Of a stretch of 64,000 bases of DNA, positions 1 to 8,573 are shown piece after piece. The notes under the pieces were generated by a model. The model ran no database searches. It was not told the origin of the DNA and worked only from the letters and a program-made list of their open reading frames with translations. The DNA is from an uncultured Clostridia bacterium. GTDB taxonomy: Bacteria > Bacillota > DTU014. The DNA lies in NCBI GenBank assembly GCA_900016865.1, contig FIZI01000008.1:5425-69424 (forward strand), read 5' to 3'. How positions within the stretch are numbered: the first letter of the stretch is position 1; every line of letters begins with the position of its first letter. Both the position numbers and the translations under genes were made by a program.

Positions 1-171
1 GAGGAACGAACGCCTGTCTGTCAGTGGAAATACCAGCGATAGCTGAATACCCTTGTACTCCTCTCCTGTCTCGAGGTCGCGCATGCACAGCCTGCTCCGC
101 TTGCAGTTGTAGATTCTGACCTTGTCCTCCGGAATCTTTTTCAGTTCGGAAAGAACCGTGTCGCGAGGCAT
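1..171 (-). CDS. Hypothetical protein, 5' part only (ORF runs off the window start). N-terminus MPRDTVLSELKKIPEDKVRIYNCKRSRLCMRDLETGEEYKG...
   Basis: Minus-strand ATG at 171-169 preceded by GGGAG SD (about 9 nt spacing) and a TATAGA -10-like box. Open frame with no stop to position 1. Not in the ORF track because it has no stop inside the window. Function unknown. Confidence 0.4.
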   Translation of the reverse strand, partial: MPRDTVLSELKKIPEDKVRIYNCKRSRLCMRDLETGEEYKGIQLSLVFPLTDRRSFL

Positions 172-232
172 TGGTGTGTCACTCCCTATCTATATAAATC
201 GACGCTACGCATCGTTTGCTATGATAATGCGC

Positions 233-2515
233 CTAAACGACTACTCGCTTTGCGATCTCGGACTGCATCTTCACCAGTCTGGTAAATGCTCCGTCTTCCT
301 TCGCCAACAGCTCCTCGTGGGTGCCAACCTCTACAATGCGTCCATCTTCCATAACGACAATTCGGTCCGCATTCTTTAGGGTTGATAGACGGTGAGCGAT
401 TGCGACTGTCGTTCGGCCTGCGATCAACCGATCAAGCGCCTCCTGGATAAGTCGCTCGGTCTCAGTGTCAACAGCAGAGGTAGCTTCGTCGAGTATGAGT
501 ATTTTCGGCCTCCTCAGTATGGCTCGCGCGATCGAGATCCTCTGCTTCTGACCTCCTGAGAGGCCCGTTCCCCTCTCACCTAGCCTGGTATCATAAGCCT
601 CCGGAAACTCCGCGATAAAATCGTGTGCGTTCGCCATTTTGGCTGCCCAGATGATTTCCTCTCTGGTGGCATCAGGTTTGCCGTATGCGATGTTCTCAGC
701 AATTGTCGCATGGAAGAGGAACGGCTCCTGAAGCACCACAGCAACTTGATCTCTAAACGATTTTATCTGGAGCTTGTTTATTGGCACACCGTCAATCCTG
801 ATCTCGCCGCTTGTGCAGTCATAAAACCGGCAGAGTAGATTGATCAATGTTGTCTTGCCAGAACCGCTCGCTCCAACGAGCCCTATCATTTCGCCAGGTT
901 TTATGTCGAGGCATATGTCCTTTAGCACCGGCTCGTCCGGCTCGTAGCTAAAGTACACATGGTCGAACTCGATATGTCCCTGGATCTCTTGGACAGGCAT
1001 AGACTCCTCGGTGTCGACGATGTCCGGCTGTGTATCGAGTATCTCAAATATGCGCTCGGCAGACGTGGCAACCTGTTGCAGCTGTCCACTCAGCTGACTG
1101 ATCATCTGCATAGGCTGGAAGAGCCGCCACGAATAACCGTTGAACATGACAAATGTTCCTATTGTAATACTCCCGGTGAGTACGCGGTATCCACCAACAA
1201 GCCATATCAACGCAGACCCAAGCGCCATCGTAAACCCAATACTAGGATACACCTTGTTTGACAACGCTACTGCAGACATGGTGGCCTGGTATAGCTCGCT
1301 CTGCTTGGCTACGAATCTGTCGACCTCATCCTCTTCGCGGCTGAACGCCTTGACCACCTTGATTCCAGGAAGCGTGTCGCCAAGGATCGCGTTGAGCTCC
1401 GAGCCCCTTCTCGCCACAACGTGCCATATCTGTCTCAGGCTCCTGTTCGCCAAGTATGTAGTAATCGCTATGATCGGCAGCGGACTTAGCGCCATCAACC
1501 CGAGAGCCCAGTCTTGCTGTAGCAGTATGACAGCAATCACTATGGCGGTAAGGAACTGTATGATAACGTCCTGAAGTCCGGCGCTCACGAAGTGGCTGAG
1601 CTGGTTCACGTCACCTATGACCCTGCTCATAATAGCTCCTGTCTGCCTCTTATCATAGAAGCTCGACGACAGGCTCTGCAGGTGGTTATACACCTCGCGC
1701 CTGATGTCAAAGAGCACCTTTTGACCCAGCAATCCGAGAAAATACCCACGAGATCCGTTGAGCAACGCACTTACACCGTGTACGACAACGATCAGGAAGA
1801 CGAGGAGCTTGATCAAGCCCCAATCATGGTTTGCCAGTGCATCGTCGATAAACGGCCTCTGGAGGTAGGCCGGAAGCAGAGACACCACAGTAGCAGCCAA
1901 AGACAACAGAAGGGTAAGCACCCACAGCTTCGGGTAGGGCTTGACGTACTGAATCAGTCGGCTGAACGTTTCTCTCTTGTCCAGGCACTCCGGACACACG
2001 CGCATGCCATGAGGCAAGACCTTATGACACTTGGGGCAGCGGTGTACCTGTAAACCTTTGCCTGAACCCGGGGCATCAGGGTCCTCAAGATCCACGTCAG
2101 GCCGAATGGCCTTTATGTAATCACCGATGACCTTGACTGCCTCAAGAAAATCTCCTGCGCGCGTGTTGGTAAACCGGATTAGGTCGAAGGTCTTACATCT
2201 CGTCGAAACCTCTATTAATGCGTTTCCGTAAAAATGGCGGAGTTTTAAGCTCTCGATGTCCTGAAGCGGAACTGAATTGACATCGCCCTTCTTACCACCT
2301 ATGACGTCCACCACGTAGAGATGTGTGTCGGTCATAAGCAGCCAGCTTTGACCATAAGTTCCATCGAGAGACAGGTCAGATGGAAGGCATACTTTGAGCT
2401 TGCTGAAGTCGACAATCTGCTCCAGTTCGATCCTCAAACCGCTATCGAGATCATGGATGAGACTCTTGCTTGCGCGGTTCTCCAACGTGTGCGCCTCTTC
2501 GTCGCCAGATGACAT
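233..2515 (-). CDS. ABC transporter, fused permease/ATP-binding exporter (MsbA/ABCB-type), with an extra ~180-aa N-terminal cytoplasmic extension (PH-like fold plus C-x2-C...C-x2-C zinc ribbon)
   Basis: Six-TM exporter domain followed by Walker A (GASGSGKTT), ABC signature LSGGQKQR and Walker B ILILDEAT. The longest ORF starts at 2659 (no SD). An internal ATG at 2515 is preceded by GGGAGGGGGG, so that start is preferred. Zinc ribbon CPKCHKVLPHGMRVCPEC sits just before TM1. Confidence 0.85.
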   Translation of the reverse strand: MSSGDEEAHTLENRASKSLIHDLDSGLRIELEQIVDFSKLKVCLPSDLSLDGTYGQSWLLMTDTHLYVVDVIGGKKGDVNSVPLQDIESLKLRHFYGNALIEVSTRCKTFDLIRFTNTRAGDFLEAVKVIGDYIKAIRPDVDLEDPDAPGSGKGLQVHRCPKCHKVLPHGMRVCPECLDKRETFSRLIQYVKPYPKLWVLTLLLSLAATVVSLLPAYLQRPFIDDALANHDWGLIKLLVFLIVVVHGVSALLNGSRGYFLGLLGQKVLFDIRREVYNHLQSLSSSFYDKRQTGAIMSRVIGDVNQLSHFVSAGLQDVIIQFLTAIVIAVILLQQDWALGLMALSPLPIIAITTYLANRSLRQIWHVVARRGSELNAILGDTLPGIKVVKAFSREEDEVDRFVAKQSELYQATMSAVALSNKVYPSIGFTMALGSALIWLVGGYRVLTGSITIGTFVMFNGYSWRLFQPMQMISQLSGQLQQVATSAERIFEILDTQPDIVDTEESMPVQEIQGHIEFDHVYFSYEPDEPVLKDICLDIKPGEMIGLVGASGSGKTTLINLLCRFYDCTSGEIRIDGVPINKLQIKSFRDQVAVVLQEPFLFHATIAENIAYGKPDATREEIIWAAKMANAHDFIAEFPEAYDTRLGERGTGLSGGQKQRISIARAILRRPKILILDEATSAVDTETERLIQEALDRLIAGRTTVAIAHRLSTLKNADRIVVMEDGRIVEVGTHEELLAKEDGAFTRLVKMQSEIAKRVVV

Positions 2516-2716
2516 AGGCGATCCCCCCTCCCAGACCACCAGCTTAAGCTTCTGTATTCGCTCTTTCGTATTCATTCTACAGTGACCGGTCGCGTACTTC
2601 AATCCCCTACTGCGACCAAACACAGTGCATAGGAGCTGTTTAGCTCCCCTTATCGCCATTTAACAGTAGATCAATCGGTGGTTCGAGGGATAACAGCATA
2701 TACCGCGGGTTTTGTC

Positions 2717-3421
2717 CTACCCGCCAAGATAGGCGGCCTTCACCTCCTCGTTGGCGGCCAATTCTTGTGCGGGTCCGTGCAGAACCGTCCTGCCTGTTTC
2801 CAAGACATACCCGTAATCTGCGATAGATAGAGCCATATTTGCATTCTGCTCTACAAGCAGGATAGTAGTGCCTTGCTGGTTGATGGCCTTTACGATATTG
2901 AAGATCTCCTTGACAAGCAGCGGTGCGAGCCCCATCGACGGCTCATCAAGAAGAAGCAGCTTGGGCCTAGACATCAGCCCACGGCCAATAGCCAACATCT
3001 GCTGCTCGCCCCCGCTCAAGGTACTTGCAACTTGATGCTGTCTTTCCTTGAGCCTGGGAAAGAGGTCAAACACTAAATCGCGGTCGGCCTTGATCTCTTC
3101 ACTGTCGTTTCTGATATATGCGCCCATTAGCAGGTTTTCAATGACGGTCATCTCGGGGAAGATCTTCCTGCCCTCTGGAACTTGGCACAATCCCATTCTC
3201 ACAATCTCGTGCGAGGGTGCATTGGTGATGTCCTTGCCCAAGAACTCCACTCTGCCGCCCGAAGCGCGGACAAGGCCGCTGATTGTGTTAAGGGTAGTGC
3301 TCTTTCCTGCACCGTTTGCCCCTATCAGTGCGACAATCTGGCCCTCGCCAACTGCCAACTCAATACCCTTTAGCGCATGTATGCCTCCGTAATGGACATG
3401 GAGATCCTCAACTCTGAGCAT
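2717..3421 (-). CDS. livF: Branched-chain amino acid ABC transporter ATP-binding protein LivF
   Basis: 234 aa. MLRVEDLHVHYGGIHALKGIELAVGEGQIVALIGANGAGKSTT..., typical LivF N-terminus and length. Last gene of the liv-type operon. Confidence 0.9.
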   Translation of the reverse strand: MLRVEDLHVHYGGIHALKGIELAVGEGQIVALIGANGAGKSTTLNTISGLVRASGGRVEFLGKDITNAPSHEIVRMGLCQVPEGRKIFPEMTVIENLLMGAYIRNDSEEIKADRDLVFDLFPRLKERQHQVASTLSGGEQQMLAIGRGLMSRPKLLLLDEPSMGLAPLLVKEIFNIVKAINQQGTTILLVEQNANMALSIADYGYVLETGRTVLHGPAQELAANEEVKAAYLGG

Positions 3422-3424
3422 AAA

Positions 3425-5242
3425 TCAACCTGCCTCCTCGCCGAGGTACGCTTCAATCACTCTCGGGTTTCTCTTAACCTCGTCCGGAGTTCCCTCAAAT
3501 ATGGTCATGCCGTAGTCAAGAACTGTTATTCGCTCGCACAACTGCATGACTAGACTCATATCGTGCTCGATCAACAGTATCGTCAGGTCAAACTCATCTC
3601 GTATCCGCCGGATCAAGTCCATCAAGTCAGCAGTCTCTTGCGGATTCATGCCCGCCGCTGGCTCATCAAGGAGCAAGAGACTGGGCCGAGTAGCCAACGC
3701 GCGCGCTATTTCCAGCCTGCGCTGCTCTCCGTATGGAAGGTTCCTTGCGAGCTCCATGCTCCGATCCTGCAGATTGAGTATTTCCAGAAGCCGGCGAGCC
3801 TCAGAGTCAATCCACCGCTCCTTTGCGACATAGGACGGCGTGTAAGCCAGTGCCGAACCAACCCCATAGCCTGTGCTGAGATGAAATGCTGTCTTTACGT
3901 TGTCGAGCACTGTCAAGTCCTTGAACAAACGGATGTTTTGGAATGTCCGAGCTATGCCCGCGGCAGTCACAGCGTGCGGCGGCTTTCCATCAATCCTCTT
4001 GCCTTCAAAAAGGATTTCTCCCTCACTGGGCGGATGAAGGCCCGTGATCATGTTAAAGACTGTAGTCTTGCCTGCTCCATTTGGGCCTATAAGCCCGTGA
4101 AGTGCGCCCCTTTGAAGCGTCATGTTCAGATCAGACACTGCCTTTAGCCCACCGAAATAGATGGAGAGCCCTCTGACCTCCAGGATTGGTTCGTCCGTGT
4201 TTACGCCATCAGCCTCTCGTGTTGCGATAGCAGGCAGATCAGACGCAGGCTCCAGGTGCTCTTCGCCCTTGACAAAAAGAGACTTCAGCCGCTGAAGTGC
4301 CGCACTTATCGCCCCAAAGTGCACTTCCTTGGTGCCAAGCAGGCCTTGCGGTCTAAAGAGCATGACGACAACGAGCAACAGCGGGTAGATGACCATGCGC
4401 CATTCGTCGATTACCCTTAAGAACTCCGGCAATAAGCTGAGTGAGACTGCGGATATAATCGCTCCTGTCAAGCTACCTAGTCCGCCAAGGACCACCATCA
4501 CCAGGACGTCTATTGACTTCAAGAACGTGAAATCGCTCGGTGATATGAAAGCCATTCGATGCGCAAACAGAGCGCCTGCGACGCCTGCGAACGCAGATCC
4601 TATGGCAAACGCCATCACTTTGTAGGCTGTTGTGTTGATACCCATAGTCTCGGCGGCTATCTCATCCTCGCGAATCGCAACTAGAGCTCTGCCAGGAGCC
4701 GAGTTGACGATTCTCCAAATGATGATAACGCTCACGATAGCAACTATCTCGATGTAGAAAAAGTTGTCTATCCACTCGATTCCGATAAGGCCAAACGCTC
4801 CTCCGGTGATCTTGAGGTTTTGGATGACAACTCTGATGATTTCACCAAACCCAAGAGTGGCTATAGCCAAGTAGTCGCCTCTAAGCCTAAGTGTTGGAAG
4901 GCCTATGAGCACTCCGACAATCGCAGCTGCAGCAAAGGCTGCAAGTATGTTGACAACGAGCGGAGTCTGAAAGTGCATCGATAAAATACCTGCAGTGTAG
5001 GCGCCAACCGCCATAAAGCCAGCATGGCCAATAGACAACTGTCCGGTGATGCCGTTGATCAAGTTGAGGCTGGTGGTGAGGATGATGTTGATCCCTACGA
5101 CACCGAGGACAGACGTGTAATATGAGTCAAGCGATCCGGTTGCAACCAATATGTTAACGACCACGAGGGCTACTGCGCCCACTGCGATCCATATGGCAGA
5201 TCCCCTGAGCTGGTTGGGATGTCGTCGCATTTTCCTACTCAC
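3425..5242 (-). CDS. Fused branched-chain amino acid ABC permease (LivM-like) and ATP-binding protein (LivG-like)
   Basis: 605 aa in a single frame. N-terminal about 330 aa is a multi-TM LivM-type permease. C-terminal half has LivG motifs (LEVRGLSIYFGGLKAV..GLIGPNGAGKTTVFN, LSYGEQRRLEIARAL, LLLLDEPAAG). GTG start directly follows the livH stop. Confidence 0.88.
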   Translation of the reverse strand: MSRKMRRHPNQLRGSAIWIAVGAVALVVVNILVATGSLDSYYTSVLGVVGINIILTTSLNLINGITGQLSIGHAGFMAVGAYTAGILSMHFQTPLVVNILAAFAAAAIVGVLIGLPTLRLRGDYLAIATLGFGEIIRVVIQNLKITGGAFGLIGIEWIDNFFYIEIVAIVSVIIIWRIVNSAPGRALVAIREDEIAAETMGINTTAYKVMAFAIGSAFAGVAGALFAHRMAFISPSDFTFLKSIDVLVMVVLGGLGSLTGAIISAVSLSLLPEFLRVIDEWRMVIYPLLLVVVMLFRPQGLLGTKEVHFGAISAALQRLKSLFVKGEEHLEPASDLPAIATREADGVNTDEPILEVRGLSIYFGGLKAVSDLNMTLQRGALHGLIGPNGAGKTTVFNMITGLHPPSEGEILFEGKRIDGKPPHAVTAAGIARTFQNIRLFKDLTVLDNVKTAFHLSTGYGVGSALAYTPSYVAKERWIDSEARRLLEILNLQDRSMELARNLPYGEQRRLEIARALATRPSLLLLDEPAAGMNPQETADLMDLIRRIRDEFDLTILLIEHDMSLVMQLCERITVLDYGMTIFEGTPDEVKRNPRVIEAYLGEEAG

Positions 5243-6295
5243 CTACACTTTCTCGCGGGTATGCTTGCCCAGTATACCTGTTGGCTTCGCCAAGAGGATC
5301 AGTATCAAAAACCCAAAGGCAATGGCATCCCGCCAGCTGGAGGAGATATATGCGGTGACGAGGTTCTCAGACACACCAATGATCATGCCGCCCAGCATCG
5401 CACCTGGGATGATTCCAATCCCTCCGATAACTGCTGCAACAAACGCCTTTAGTCCGGGCATGACCCCCATAGTTGGTCTGATCTGCGGGAAAACGATGCC
5501 AACCAAAACTCCAGCAGCGCCCGCAAGAGCCGAACCGACCGCAAAAGTAGCGGCTATCACTCTGTCTATATCGATCCCCATGAGTCTCGCAGCATCTCGA
5601 TCCTGCGAAACCGCTCTCATGGCCCTGCCTGGCTTAGTGTAGGTGACGAAGTACTGGAGTGCCAGCATCAAGAGTATTGTAACAACGAAAACAATAATCC
5701 TAGACAGATCCACAGACACTCCAAACACGTTATAGCTGCCTGTGAACATAGACGGGTACGTGCGTGGCGTAGATGTGAAAACCTTCTGCCCCAGGTTTTC
5801 AAGAAGCAGAGACATACCAATGGCCGTAATCAAGAGCGTGATCCGGGGTGAATCCCTCAACGGCTTGTAGGCTATGCGCTCAACCAGCACTCCCGTCACC
5901 GCTGAGACCGCCATCGCAACGACCAGAGCGGGGACAAACGAAAGATTTAGAGCTGTTACCGCGTAGTACCCTGCGTAGGCCCCGACCATGTAGATATCGC
6001 CGTGAGCGAAGTTTATCAGTTTAATGACTCCATAGACCATGGTGTAGCCCAAGGCGATCAGCGCGTAGACGCTTCCAAGTGAGAGCCCGTACACTGCCTG
6101 TTGGACAAAGAAAAGCCGGTCAGCCCCGAGGGCCACAAGCAGAAAGTTGACTGCCAAGATCACCAGCAAGGCCGATGCCGGATAATACGAGTATTTGAAG
6201 GCTGTATTGGAAACCACAACCGCCCTGTATTTCCGCAGCAGTGCGAAAAGCGCAACAACGAGGCAAAGCAAGACCAACGCCACTACTCTGGACAT
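5243..6295 (-). CDS. livH: Branched-chain amino acid ABC transporter permease LivH (with ~55-aa N-terminal extension containing an extra TM helix)
   Basis: Core begins at LFFVQQAVYGLSLGSVYALIALGYTMVYGVIKLINFAHGD, which matches the LivH N-terminus. Track start (6349) is TTG. The ATG at 6295 has an AAAGGAAG SD, so it is used here. Confidence 0.85.
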   Translation of the reverse strand: MSRVVALVLLCLVVALFALLRKYRAVVVSNTAFKYSYYPASALLVILAVNFLLVALGADRLFFVQQAVYGLSLGSVYALIALGYTMVYGVIKLINFAHGDIYMVGAYAGYYAVTALNLSFVPALVVAMAVSAVTGVLVERIAYKPLRDSPRITLLITAIGMSLLLENLGQKVFTSTPRTYPSMFTGSYNVFGVSVDLSRIIVFVVTILLMLALQYFVTYTKPGRAMRAVSQDRDAARLMGIDIDRVIAATFAVGSALAGAAGVLVGIVFPQIRPTMGVMPGLKAFVAAVIGGIGIIPGAMLGGMIIGVSENLVTAYISSSWRDAIAFGFLILILLAKPTGILGKHTREKV

Positions 6296-6449
6296 ACAGT
6301 CAGTCACTTCCTTTAAAGGCAGGGCAGAAGAACACCGGGTGTTCTCCAACCCTGCCTTGAGTTAGCCACTCCTCCCGCGTCTATCTGTGAGACGACGCCC
6401 AAGGTCGGGCAAAGGGAGGCGCGATCGGCACAAGATTCGTCAGGCACTG

Positions 6450-7586
6450 CTACGGCCTGACAGCATCGACAAACTCAAAAGCGAGCTTGCCGTCTTTCTT
6501 GACTACCATGACGATAGTGACATCCTTGATTGGATTGCCGTTCGCATCCAGGCTGATAGAGTTGCCCGTAACACCGTCAAAGCCCTCAGTAGCTGCGATC
6601 GCGTCCCTTATAGCGCGCCTATCGAGTGAGCCTGCTCTCTCGATAGCATCGATCATGAGGCGAGCTGCGTCATATCCAAGGGCTGACAACACAATGGGGA
6701 AGCGTCCAAATCTCTCCTGATAATCCTTGAGATATTGCTGAACCATCGGCCGAGTGTCTGTAGGCGAATAGTGCGTGGTCATCGTGGCGCCCAGAGCTGC
6801 ATCGCCAGCCTGGTCAAGCAGTTCTGGCGCATCCCATCCGTCAGGACCAACAAACAGCGGAGCAAAACCCATTGCGGCCGCCTGCCGCGTAACGAGAATT
6901 GCATCATCATAGTAGAACGGACAGAAGACGCCCTCTGCTCCGAAGCTCTTGAGTGTTGACAACTGCGCGCTGAAGTCTGTATCACCCAAGTTATAGGCTA
7001 CGTCAATGACTTCACCGCCCAGCTTCCTAAACGCGTCCACAAACACGTTCTTGAGCCCTTCGCTATAGGTGTCGCCTACCTTGTACAAAACGCCGGCTTT
7101 CTTGATCCCTTGCTGATGCATGTAGTTGACGGCAGCAATGCTCTGATAGTCGTCGGTGTAACACACTCTGAACACATAGTCACCAACCAAAGTGACCTCG
7201 ACTGCCGTCGCTGTCGGCGTGATCATGGGAACTCCAAATCGTTGACAGATCGGACCTCCTACAACAGCTTCAGTAGTGATCACGGGTCCTATCAATCCTA
7301 CGATCTGCTCTCTCTGGATCAGCCTATTGACAAGAATATTGGTCTGTTGAGCATCTCCCTGGGTGTCTAGGATGACTAGTTCGATCTGCTTTCCAAGCAC
7401 TCCGCCGCTTGCATTGATCTGCTCGACGGCAAGGATCGCTCCATCCCTAACGCCTTCTCCGTACGCTGCAACTGGTCCCGTCATCGGGCCGACCAACCCA
7501 AGCTTAATAGTGTCTGCAGCAGCTGCTGTCAACGATATCGCAGCGACTGCCAAGACGAGAACCGCTACAAGAATGTATCGCCTCAT
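6450..7586 (-). CDS. Branched-chain amino acid ABC transporter substrate-binding protein (LivJ/LivK family), secreted
   Basis: Signal peptide MRRYILVAVLVLAVAAISLTAAAA. Type-I periplasmic binding fold motifs. GGAGGAGG SD. First gene of the operon. Confidence 0.9.
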   Translation of the reverse strand: MRRYILVAVLVLAVAAISLTAAAADTIKLGLVGPMTGPVAAYGEGVRDGAILAVEQINASGGVLGKQIELVILDTQGDAQQTNILVNRLIQREQIVGLIGPVITTEAVVGGPICQRFGVPMITPTATAVEVTLVGDYVFRVCYTDDYQSIAAVNYMHQQGIKKAGVLYKVGDTYSEGLKNVFVDAFRKLGGEVIDVAYNLGDTDFSAQLSTLKSFGAEGVFCPFYYDDAILVTRQAAAMGFAPLFVGPDGWDAPELLDQAGDAALGATMTTHYSPTDTRPMVQQYLKDYQERFGRFPIVLSALGYDAARLMIDAIERAGSLDRRAIRDAIAATEGFDGVTGNSISLDANGNPIKDVTIVMVVKKDGKLAFEFVDAVRP

Positions 7587-7620
7587 CCAGAAACCTCCTC
7601 CATACTCGATTCATGTCTAG

Positions 7621-7649
7621 ATAATATACTAACACCATAGAGGCGTCAA
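7621..7649 (-). promoter_or_regulatory. Sigma-A type promoter for the liv operon (-35 TTGACG, 17-bp spacer, -10 TATTAT, read on minus strand)
   Basis: Reverse complement reads ttcTTGACGcctctatggtgttagtaTATTATctagaca, about 35 nt upstream of the livK-like ATG. Confidence 0.55.
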
Positions 7650-7662
7650 GAAAATGTGAAGC

Positions 7663-7695
7663 TGGTCAAATACGGGTTTACCTGGTATTTGACCA
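7663..7695. promoter_or_regulatory. Perfect 11-bp inverted repeat (TGGTCAAATAC-N11-GTATTTGACCA) immediately upstream of the liv -35 box; candidate regulator-binding site
   Basis: Seen directly in the sequence. Arms are perfectly complementary. Sits at about -45 to -75 of the liv promoter, in the divergent liv/CBS intergenic region. Confidence 0.4.
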
Positions 7696-7892
7696 TTGCT
7701 GATCAAGCCCTTCGACAAACGCTGTTTGCGAATACTACGCCTTGCATCCTGTGAAACCTCCCAACCGACATAGACTCGAGTCTACGTGTTTTTCCCAATA
7801 TGTATGAAGGAACGGTTGGGCCTGCAGTAGAACTAAACATCAAAAGATCGGGTAAAGGCAGGTGAAAGTCCCCTGCAGGGGGCGACAAAGGC

Positions 7893-8537
7893 ATGTTCGT
7901 TAGAGATTTTATGACTGCAAACCCGGTAGTTGTCTCTCCTGATACGCCCATTCAGGAGGCACTCAAACTCATGAAGGACCACGGGTTCGGCAGATTGCCG
8001 GTATGCTCAGACGGGAAGCTTGTCGGCATTCTTACCGAAGCGGATGTAATGAAGGTATCACCGTCTCCTGCTACTACCCTCAGCGTGTACGAGATCAACT
8101 ACCTTGTCTCAAAAGTAAAGGTCTCTGAGGCCATGACCAAGAGCCCGGTTACAGTCTCGCCAGACGATACTGTCGAGTACGCAGTCCTGGTGATGAGAGA
8201 CAACAAAATCGGTGGCGTACCAGTCATGGATGGCGACAAACTCGTAGGCATCATCACCGAATCCAATGTTTTCGAAGCTCTGATCGAGATGCTTGGGTTT
8301 AGGCGAGCCGGTGTTCGGATTACCATTGACGTGCCTGACAAGGTGGGAGTAATCGCACAGATAGCAGATCTGATAAAGCAGCACGGGGTCAGCATCATTA
8401 GCCTCGCCACGTATACGAAGCCCGAGTCCGACCTAGCGTCACTGGTTGTCAGGGTAGCTACTGACGACGCGTCCTCCATCGTTTCCGCTGTTGAGGAAAT
8501 AGGTTACAAAGTAGTGCATGTAACGGCCTCGTCTTGA
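7893..8537 (+). CDS. CBS-domain pair + ACT-domain protein (AcuB-like)
   Basis: Two CBS motifs (..PVVVSPDTPIQEALKLMKDHGFGRLPVC.. and ..VTVSPDDTVEYAVLVMRDNKIGGVPVM..). C-terminal ACT-like segment. AGGGGG SD. Confidence 0.85.
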   Translation: MFVRDFMTANPVVVSPDTPIQEALKLMKDHGFGRLPVCSDGKLVGILTEADVMKVSPSPATTLSVYEINYLVSKVKVSEAMTKSPVTVSPDDTVEYAVLVMRDNKIGGVPVMDGDKLVGIITESNVFEALIEMLGFRRAGVRITIDVPDKVGVIAQIADLIKQHGVSIISLATYTKPESDLASLVVRVATDDASSIVSAVEEIGYKVVHVTASS

Positions 8538-8556
8538 CGAGGCCGCTTTCTCTCAC
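8524..8556. terminator. Intrinsic terminator (about 9-10 bp GC stem CGGCCTCGTC/GACGAGGCCG, then CTTTCTCTC) between convergent CBS and ackA genes
   Basis: The hairpin spans the CBS stop codon and is followed by a T-rich run on the plus strand. Plausibly bidirectional. Confidence 0.6.
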
Positions 8557-8573
8557 ACTCAACGCCGTTTCTC

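Noticed and set aside
1140-2053. Plus-strand ORFs of 144 and 153 aa inside the ABC exporter gene (and similar antisense ORFs throughout, for example 8099-8479, 10104-10532, 29314-29961, 31746-32153, 60416-61129)
   Set aside because: They are fully embedded antisense or out-of-frame within strongly supported conserved genes. They have no SD and low-complexity translations, typical of spurious ORFs in 55% GC DNA.
2660-2716. GGTGGTTCGAGGG resembling a tRNA T-arm between the ABC exporter and livF
   Set aside because: The gap is only 57 bp, too short for a tRNA, and no complementary stems are present.
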